DNA of 64,000 bases from Minisyncoccota bacterium (GTDB lineage: Bacteria; Patescibacteriota; Minisyncoccia; Phycocordibacterales; JAACPR01): the NCBI GenBank assembly GCA_041674225.1, contig JBAYWG010000001.1, positions 102,501 to 166,500 of the forward strand, in the 5' to 3' direction. Under the pieces are notes generated by a model. The model searched no databases, was not told the DNA's origin, and was given only the letters and a program-made list of their open reading frames with translations. Shown in pieces: positions 57,840 to 64,000 of this stretch. The translations under genes and the position numbers were made by a program. How positions within the stretch are numbered: the stretch's first letter is position 1; every line of letters begins with the position of its first letter.

Positions 57840-60530
57840 CTAATATTTATAAGCCCATTTAAGTATACCAAATTTATGGACAACCTTTCTTATTTCTTCT
57901 ACAAAAACAACAGAGAGCGCAACTGGTATCATCATCAACCATTCATCCAAAGTGAGTGGGACTGTTTTTAAAATTGATTGCATGAATGGATTATAGACCG
58001 CAAGTATTTGCAAAAGAATCACGATAATCGTTGCTCCAATTAAATAAAGATTTGAAAAAGGATTCAGTGCAAAAATCGATTTTGTTTCAGAACGACAATT
58101 CCACGCGTTGAACCATTGGAACATCGCAAGAGTTGTCAGAGATATTGTCCAAGCTTTTTCAATATTGTTTTCAAAATATTGTCCAAAGAAATAAAGTGTA
58201 CCAATCATCATCGGTATAGACATAACAATTATTCTTGTCATCATCAAACGATCAACCAAATTCTTTTTATATTTTTTAAATCTTCCAGAAAGCAAATCTT
58301 TTCTTTTTGGCTCCATAGAAAGTGCAACATCCAAAAATCCATCAGTCACTAAATTTAACCAAATAATCTGCGCAGCTAAAATAGGCAGTGGATAATCTAA
58401 AACAAAAAGTGCAACTATAATTGTGAGCATTTCTCCTGCACCTGTAGAAAAAAGATACAGAATCACTCTTTTAATTGTTTTATAAATACTTCTTCCCTCC
58501 TCAATTGCAGAAATAATACTTCCAAAATTATCGTCCATCAAAACAATATCTGAAGCCTCTTTTGCAACCTCTGTACCAATTTTTCCCATCGCCACTCCTA
58601 AATCAGCAGTCACAAGAGACGGCGCATCATTTACCCCATCGCCTGTCATCGCAATAATATCACCCTTCAACTTATAAGCTTCAATAATTTTTGATTTATC
58701 TTCTGGTGTGATTCTAGTGAAGACAGACGTTTTTTCTAAACGTGCCAACATTTCTTCTTGTGACATCGATGCTAATTCGTGACCAGAAATAATGTCATCA
58801 CCATCAGAAAAAATTCCGGCTTCTTTTGCAATAGCTTGAGCTGTGATTTTATGATCACCTGTAATCATCACAACCTTTATTCCCGCTTGCTTTGCGCGTT
58901 TCATAGATTCAAAAACTTCTGGACGAATTGTGTCTTTCATTCCGATGAATCCAACAAAAGTAAGACTATGCACCGAACCAGCATTCAAAACATTCGGGCC
59001 GTGATCTTTTGTAGCCACAGCGAGCACCCTCAAACCTTCTTCGGACATTTTGACAAACACTTTATGTAGATCATCTCGATACTCTTCATTTAGAGAAACA
59101 TTTCTTCCGTCTCTTTTTAAAGTAGTGCACATATCCAAAATAACTTCCGGCGCTCCCGTGACCGACAGAATATTATTTTCTTCAACTTTATTTAAAAGAG
59201 CGTGATACTTTAATTTAAAATCAAAAGGAATTTCAGAAATCAAAGGAATTTCTTTTAATAAATCATCGCGATTGAAACCAACTTTTTCTCCAAAAACCAA
59301 CATTGCAGCTTCTGTCGGGTCACCAGAAATTTTCCAGGTCTTTTGCTCTTCATTAAAAGAAATTCTTGCACCAGAAGAAAGTGTAAGTATTTTTGCGATT
59401 GATAAAATTTCAGGATGATTCAATGCGCTGATTATTTGATTATCTATAGAAATATCTCCTTTTGATTCGTATCCTTCGCCGGTAATTTCAAAAAGTTTTT
59501 TGTCTGTCCAAATTTTTGAGAGAATTAATTCGTTTTTTGTGATTGTGCCAGTTTTGTCTACCGCTATCACAGTGGCTTGTCCGAGCGCTTCTACGGCTTG
59601 AAGTTTTTTTACCAAAACATTTTTCTTGGACATTCTCCATACTCCTGTAGCCAAAACTAAAGTAATCACAATCGGCAACCCTTCAGGAATAACAGACACA
59701 GAAAGTGAAACCACGATTTTAAAAATCTCTTTCACAGCAAAGCCTTTTAGAATTCCAAAAATAAAAATTAAGGCACTCACCACACCCACAATCAAAATAA
59801 TCGAGTTCGAAAGTTTTTTAACATCTTTCTTCAAAGGAATATCAGTATCAATCGAAGAAATCTGTTTTGCTATTTTTCCAATCACAGTGTTTATACCTGT
59901 ATCTACCACAACCGCTTTTCCATTTCCTCCTACAATATGTGTGCCCTTGAAAACCATATTTTTTTGAGAATGCACAGGCAAATCTTTTCTATTTATATCT
60001 TCTTCATTTTTATAAACTGGCACAGATTCGCCAGTCATCGCAGCTTCATCAATTTTCAATCCATGCGAAATTATTATTCTAGCGTCGGCAGGAATTTTTT
60101 CTCCTTCTTGCAAAATAATTAAATCTCCTGGCACGAGCTCCTTATCTGAAATAATTATTTCTTTTCCATCTCGCAAAACAGTCGCTGTGGTTTCTGAAAA
60201 TTTCTTTAGAGCAAGTAAAGTGTTTTGTGCTCGACCTTCTTGAATCGTTCCTATGATCGAATTAAAAATTAAAACTCCTAAAATAATCAGGCCGTCTCCT
60301 AAATCCCCTAGAGAAATCACCACTAATGACGAAATAAAAAGAATATATATCAGCGGACTTTTAAATTGTGATACAAAAATTTTAAAAATTGAATCAGGTT
60401 TTTCTTCAGGTAAAGAGTTTGGACCATATTCTTTAAATCTTCTAGAAATTTCGTCACCAAAAAGACCGTGCTGATTTGTTTTTAGCTTTTCAAAAATATT
60501 CTCTGCAGAATTTGAATACCAATTGCTCAT
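57840..60530 (-). CDS. P-type cation-transporting ATPase (P2-type, Ca2+/Mg2+-ATPase-like)
   Basis: PEGLP, DKTGTIT phosphorylation site, TGDGVNDAPSL hinge, 10 TM. Confidence 0.9.
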   Translation of the reverse strand: MSNWYSNSAENIFEKLKTNQHGLFGDEISRRFKEYGPNSLPEEKPDSIFKIFVSQFKSPLIYILFISSLVVISLGDLGDGLIILGVLIFNSIIGTIQEGRAQNTLLALKKFSETTATVLRDGKEIIISDKELVPGDLIILQEGEKIPADARIIISHGLKIDEAAMTGESVPVYKNEEDINRKDLPVHSQKNMVFKGTHIVGGNGKAVVVDTGINTVIGKIAKQISSIDTDIPLKKDVKKLSNSIILIVGVVSALIFIFGILKGFAVKEIFKIVVSLSVSVIPEGLPIVITLVLATGVWRMSKKNVLVKKLQAVEALGQATVIAVDKTGTITKNELILSKIWTDKKLFEITGEGYESKGDISIDNQIISALNHPEILSIAKILTLSSGARISFNEEQKTWKISGDPTEAAMLVFGEKVGFNRDDLLKEIPLISEIPFDFKLKYHALLNKVEENNILSVTGAPEVILDMCTTLKRDGRNVSLNEEYRDDLHKVFVKMSEEGLRVLAVATKDHGPNVLNAGSVHSLTFVGFIGMKDTIRPEVFESMKRAKQAGIKVVMITGDHKITAQAIAKEAGIFSDGDDIISGHELASMSQEEMLARLEKTSVFTRITPEDKSKIIEAYKLKGDIIAMTGDGVNDAPSLVTADLGVAMGKIGTEVAKEASDIVLMDDNFGSIISAIEEGRSIYKTIKRVILYLFSTGAGEMLTIIVALFVLDYPLPILAAQIIWLNLVTDGFLDVALSMEPKRKDLLSGRFKKYKKNLVDRLMMTRIIVMSIPMMIGTLYFFGQYFENNIEKAWTISLTTLAMFQWFNAWNCRSETKSIFALNPFSNLYLIGATIIVILLQILAVYNPFMQSILKTVPLTLDEWLMMIPVALSVVFVEEIRKVVHKFGILKWAYKY

Positions 60531-60569
60531 TATTTTTAATACTACTATAAAGTTAGGAAAAATCTGTGT

Positions 60570-61775
60570 TTATAAAAAATCACCATAAGTATTTTTCACA
60601 TCTTGTGAATTTGCTGGATTATATTTTGGAAGATTTCTGTATTCTTCGATACCGTAATTTACAGCCTGAGCCTGTATTGCTTCTATATATTTATAGTAAT
60701 CCGCAGGTTGACCATCTATCAACAAATTTGGATTTGCAGCATTAAAACTGTCTACAGCTTTATCAATATCATTTGAATCCCCCAAATTATTCAAATGTTT
60801 TTTAACATCCCCTTCGTATTCAGGTCTACCAGAATACCTTTTTAGTGCTCTTTGCAGAGGATCCAAACCTTCAAATCTTTTATCTTTTGCCAAACTTTCA
60901 CTAGACATAAAAGAAGCAATCATTCTTCCCGCAGCATCAATATTTAAAAGGACATTCAATCTATCGTCTGCTTCCACCAGAGTCTTGCGATCATCTTTCT
61001 TTTCTATCATCAATTCCTCTAAACGTGCAGCATGATTTTGCAATTTACCACCTTCTTTACAACCTCTCACATCATTACAAATAAGAGTATGGCAATCTTC
61101 AAAAGTTTCTAGGGCAAATTCTTGAGCTACAACACCTTGCATATGACAAAGTCCAAATCCTCCGTCTTTAGCAGAGTTTGGCAACAGATCAATTCCTGTA
61201 CTTTCTTGCATAATCATCCCCAACAAAATTCCGCGAGGTATGTTGTATCTATCTTCAACGACCTCTGTAACATTCCTCCACAATAAAGTCATCGCGACTT
61301 TTCCATCAACACTTGAAGCCCCTCCTCTTGTGCTACCTCCAGGAATATTAAAGTTTTCAATTTTGGGAGGAGGAACAATTTCTTGATATCGCAATTCTGG
61401 TTTTATTCTTCTAAGTTCAGCAGAACTGATTTCTAATCTTTTTTCTTCTTTTTCTGTTTGTGGAGAACTTTCAACTTGCTCTAGTGCCTGTTCTTGCACT
61501 TTTTCTAATTTTTGTTCGTCAATGCTATCAAGTAAATTATCTATTCTCTTTTCTATATCATCTAATCTGCCAGATGCATCAGCAATTCCATTTTCTTTGT
61601 TATTTTTCAAATAAATACCTCCAAGACTAACACTGGATATAAAAGCTCCAGCTGCCCTCTCCAATAAATCTCTCCTAGAAATTGCTTTTTTATATTCTTT
61701 CTCTGCATCAGACACCTTGTCGGTCTCTTTTTTATTAAATCCCTCATAATTACTAGCTAGTTTCTCGAAATTCAC
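60570..61775 (-). CDS. Secreted protein with a lytic-transglycosylase (SLT/lysozyme-like) motif
   Basis: …MIMQESTGIDLLPNSAKDGGFGLCHMQG resembles the SLT catalytic E-S…GLMQ segment. N-terminal SRRDLL…AGAFISSV Tat-like or signal-anchor region. GC-elevated. Confidence 0.5.
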   Translation of the reverse strand: MNFEKLASNYEGFNKKETDKVSDAEKEYKKAISRRDLLERAAGAFISSVSLGGIYLKNNKENGIADASGRLDDIEKRIDNLLDSIDEQKLEKVQEQALEQVESSPQTEKEEKRLEISSAELRRIKPELRYQEIVPPPKIENFNIPGGSTRGGASSVDGKVAMTLLWRNVTEVVEDRYNIPRGILLGMIMQESTGIDLLPNSAKDGGFGLCHMQGVVAQEFALETFEDCHTLICNDVRGCKEGGKLQNHAARLEELMIEKKDDRKTLVEADDRLNVLLNIDAAGRMIASFMSSESLAKDKRFEGLDPLQRALKRYSGRPEYEGDVKKHLNNLGDSNDIDKAVDSFNAANPNLLIDGQPADYYKYIEAIQAQAVNYGIEEYRNLPKYNPANSQDVKNTYGDFL

Positions 61776-61888
61776 ATGTAAATTATAACAGATTTGATAT
61801 TTTGTTTATAAATTTTTTCACTAAATACCTCTGTATTGACATATTGTTAAATATGTTATATTTTCACTAAGAACCCTTCTTTAAAAAC

Positions 61889-63550
61889 ATGAAAAATCAA
61901 AGCACTCTTCCGGAAAAGCAGGAGTCTTTGACTCCTGCAAAAAGAACAAATCCAGCAGAAGAATTGTTTTTGCTGGACAAAACATCACCTTGGGATGAGA
62001 GAATCCTCTCGGACACAAATATTCAAAAAAGTGCATCCATCAGGCAACAGCTTGTTACTGCGCTCGAAAGAATTTACAGCCAAGTTCCCTTGCTAATGAA
62101 TATTGATCAGGCCATCAAAAATGGTTTTGTCAGCACATCGGATGCAGAGAATTTGTATCGCCTATTAAGTTTATTTCTTCAAGAGGAACACTGCAGTGAG
62201 AGATTCATTCTATATTTTCCCATGGAACTTATTCCACTAAATTTATTTAGTGAGTTCCGAGAAATCTATAAGCAAAAATGGTATCAACTGCTTTCGCACG
62301 AAGATTACAGAGCGAATTTCGTCGATGGAGATATCTCTGAAGAAGAAATTCAATCTGGAAAAATTCCAGAGGTTATCAAAGCAACTCATCTGATACCAAT
62401 ACTAATTCAAAAAGAAATTATTTCTTTAGCAGAAGTTTTGGAAATCAGAGGAGGAAGCGTTGGACTACTGAGAGATAACATTGACGAAGTCTTGAGAGCA
62501 ATTAATGGAAAGGAATTATCTAAACAAAGGAAGATTTCTTCTCAACAAATTTCCACTGCAAGAAAATCATGGGAGAAAAAAAGAGATACTCAAGAAAGGC
62601 TTCTGAAAAGTGCGAATAAAGTGGCGGAACTTCTAATTGCAAAAAGAATAACAATCGAAGAGGTAGTCAAAAAGAAAAATTACCACCTCGCAATTACGTC
62701 TGTCAGCATAGCTATTCAAAGACTTGCTCAAAATACCAGATCGAAAGCTTGTGCTCAGAGACTCTATTCAGTAATTAATCCAATCATGACTACCACGTGG
62801 TCTAGTGAGGACGATTTTACCAAAGAAATCATTGAAAGCGCGTGGTCACACATGTTGCATGTGGGGATCGGAGATCAGAAAGCAATTCAGTCTATCGGAG
62901 CACTAACAGATCGTCATGAAATTAAAACTTTCGAGGTGATTGTTGAAACAATCCGATTTGACGAAGAGTTGAAAGATTGGCTTATGCCGATCGTCATCTC
63001 TTACGGTTCTCGTGGAAAAGATTTTGGAACCATAAGTTCTGACTTCGATTTTGGAATCTTTGTTAAACCGAATGTTCCAATGATGCTCCGCTCTCAAATT
63101 CAAAAGCGTCTCAAGAAACTACTTGAGCCATTGGGTGTAAAGGGTAATGCACTTGAGTTTTGGTTGGAAGAAAATGATGATGGTCTTTTAATACAAGACT
63201 TCACAAACGCCGACAAAAAACTCGGTACGAGTAATTTTGTATCTACACTTTTCAATGGAGTGTGGATAGGTGAATTTGAAACCATTCAATTGATATATTC
63301 ACAGGTTTTGCAAAAATACCTGAAGTTGTCTGAAGATTCTGTACAACAATTTGTGGAACTTGAACGCTCAGTCTTGCAATACAGACTGATGCACAAAAAC
63401 TACCACTACTTTTATCCAAAGAGAGAAACTGAAGACTTGCCTAGAAACACAATAGACAAAAAAGGTGCCTTTTGGGACCCTGGATATCGTCGTATGGCTT
63501 CTGTTTTATTTTTGAGAAAAGTGTTTTTGCCTGAAATCGGCGAAAAATAA
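61889..63550 (+). CDS. Large hypothetical protein (553 aa) with a C-terminal minimal nucleotidyltransferase (Pol-beta/MNT-like) motif
   Basis: YGSRGKDFGTISSDFDFGIFV fits GS-x(9-13)-D-x-D of the NTase fold. An acidic LEENDDG follows ~50 aa later. No match recognised for the N-terminal ~370 aa. Confidence 0.5.
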   Translation: MKNQSTLPEKQESLTPAKRTNPAEELFLLDKTSPWDERILSDTNIQKSASIRQQLVTALERIYSQVPLLMNIDQAIKNGFVSTSDAENLYRLLSLFLQEEHCSERFILYFPMELIPLNLFSEFREIYKQKWYQLLSHEDYRANFVDGDISEEEIQSGKIPEVIKATHLIPILIQKEIISLAEVLEIRGGSVGLLRDNIDEVLRAINGKELSKQRKISSQQISTARKSWEKKRDTQERLLKSANKVAELLIAKRITIEEVVKKKNYHLAITSVSIAIQRLAQNTRSKACAQRLYSVINPIMTTTWSSEDDFTKEIIESAWSHMLHVGIGDQKAIQSIGALTDRHEIKTFEVIVETIRFDEELKDWLMPIVISYGSRGKDFGTISSDFDFGIFVKPNVPMMLRSQIQKRLKKLLEPLGVKGNALEFWLEENDDGLLIQDFTNADKKLGTSNFVSTLFNGVWIGEFETIQLIYSQVLQKYLKLSEDSVQQFVELERSVLQYRLMHKNYHYFYPKRETEDLPRNTIDKKGAFWDPGYRRMASVLFLRKVFLPEIGEK

Positions 63551-63557
63551 AAAAATA

Positions 63558-63594
63558 ACCCCGACCTCTCTTTCGAGAGGATCGGGGTTTTTTA
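63558..63594. terminator. Bidirectional terminator CCCCGACCTCTC-TTTC-GAGAGG(A)TCGGGG flanked by an A-run and a T-run, between convergent genes
   Basis: Long GC stem (one bulge) with AAAAAA upstream and TTTTTT downstream. Confidence 0.7.
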
Positions 63595-63599
63595 CTGCA

Positions 63600-64000
63600 T
63601 CATAGACGCTTTCTTCCAATACCAGCTCGGCCGGCGTCGTTGGAAAGTTTATCCCACGGAATCATTGCACCAAGTTGGTACATAGCCATAAGATAAGAGA
63701 TCTCCTCACTCCCAGACGGAAGATTGGGGAGCTCCATGATCGCAAGAGTGAACCGTGTCAAGTTCCTCTCAAGACGAACATAGTCGCTATTCACATCTGC
63801 TCCAAGCATCTTCAACATTTGCTCACGACTGGTGGCACCTATCGAAGCAGGCAAAGAGGGATTCTCAAGAATTCCCTTGACCCTGGTTGCGTCGTAAGCG
63901 AGAGCTCGAGCGATAGGAACACCCACACCTGAGAATACCTTGTTGATTTGATCGATGACAGACTCAGCGGCATCACGGACACCGGAAGTTTCCGGAGGAG
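63600..64000 (-). CDS. Partial gene (3' part; frame open to the window edge) encoding an unrecognised protein, strikingly GC-rich (~half GC by eye)
   Basis: The open frame continues beyond 63926 to nt 64000. The track's 'M' at 63926 is a GTG. Confidence 0.5.
   Translation of the reverse strand, partial: PPETSGVRDAAESVIDQINKVFSGVGVPIARALAYDATRVKGILENPSLPASIGATSREQMLKMLGADVNSDYVRLERNLTRFTLAIMELPNLPSGSEEISYLMAMYQLGAMIPWDKLSNDAGRAGIGRKRL

Noticed and set aside
1-64000. CRISPR arrays, transposases/integrases, rRNA genes, tmRNA or SRP RNA
   Set aside because: No regularly spaced direct repeats, no transposase/integrase-like ORFs, and no rRNA-like conserved blocks were seen. GGTTCGAWTCC-type T-arm motifs occur only in the three tRNAs, so no tmRNA is evident. 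SRP RNA cannot be excluded without a covariance search.

Overview
This is an AT-rich bacterial window (GC visibly low, roughly one third by eye) with dense, short genes and almost no Shine-Dalgarno signals. The six-frame ORF track clearly counts TTG/GTG as starts. The gene content is a small-genome housekeeping set: rpsA 3' end, pth, lepB, a HisRS-like gene, rpsU, ybeY, ftsA-ftsZ, trxB, tsaD, valS, lepA, murJ, htpX, secG, RNase J, a DEAD-box helicase, typA/bipA, an ABC-F ATPase and a P-type ATPase. Together with many small hypothetical membrane or secreted proteins, this fits a Patescibacteria/CPR-like organism. That placement is inference from content only.

Features missing from the ORF track:
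- RNase P RNA (rnpB, reduced type A, minus strand) lies in the 'empty' GC-rich gap 23530-23846, with its own GC-clamp terminator.
- Three tRNAs are present, all on the minus strand: Glu-UUC, Phe-GAA and Arg-CCU.
- At least three intergenic elements (902-995, 7663-7787, 18961-19098) belong to one structured repeat family. Each has conserved flanks around a compensatorily varying terminator hairpin, enclosed in a longer outer inverted repeat.

Other points worth attention:
- Three GC-elevated islands look like probable acquisitions. At 1064-1916 there are two small hypothetical genes. At 53652-54521 two ORFs read through terminator hairpins, a C7 homopolymer and an internal TTGACA promoter. At 60570-64000 a secreted SLT-like protein sits next to a novel 553-aa protein with a C-terminal minimal nucleotidyltransferase motif, followed by a ~50% GC partial gene.
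- A glycoside-hydrolase/sugar-kinase cluster (GH1, GH5-like, ROK kinase, DMT transporter).
- A Zur-like regulator divergent from a ZIP transporter, with a palindromic operator candidate between them.
- An OmpR-type response regulator paired with a sensor-less mini histidine kinase.
- A DEAD-box helicase with an N-terminal SYG/RS-rich repeat tail.
- A truncated HisRS-like aaRS.
- An L,D-transpeptidase fused to an S11-peptidase domain.
- An orphan trpF-like TIM-barrel gene.

No CRISPR array, transposase, integrase or rRNA was seen.
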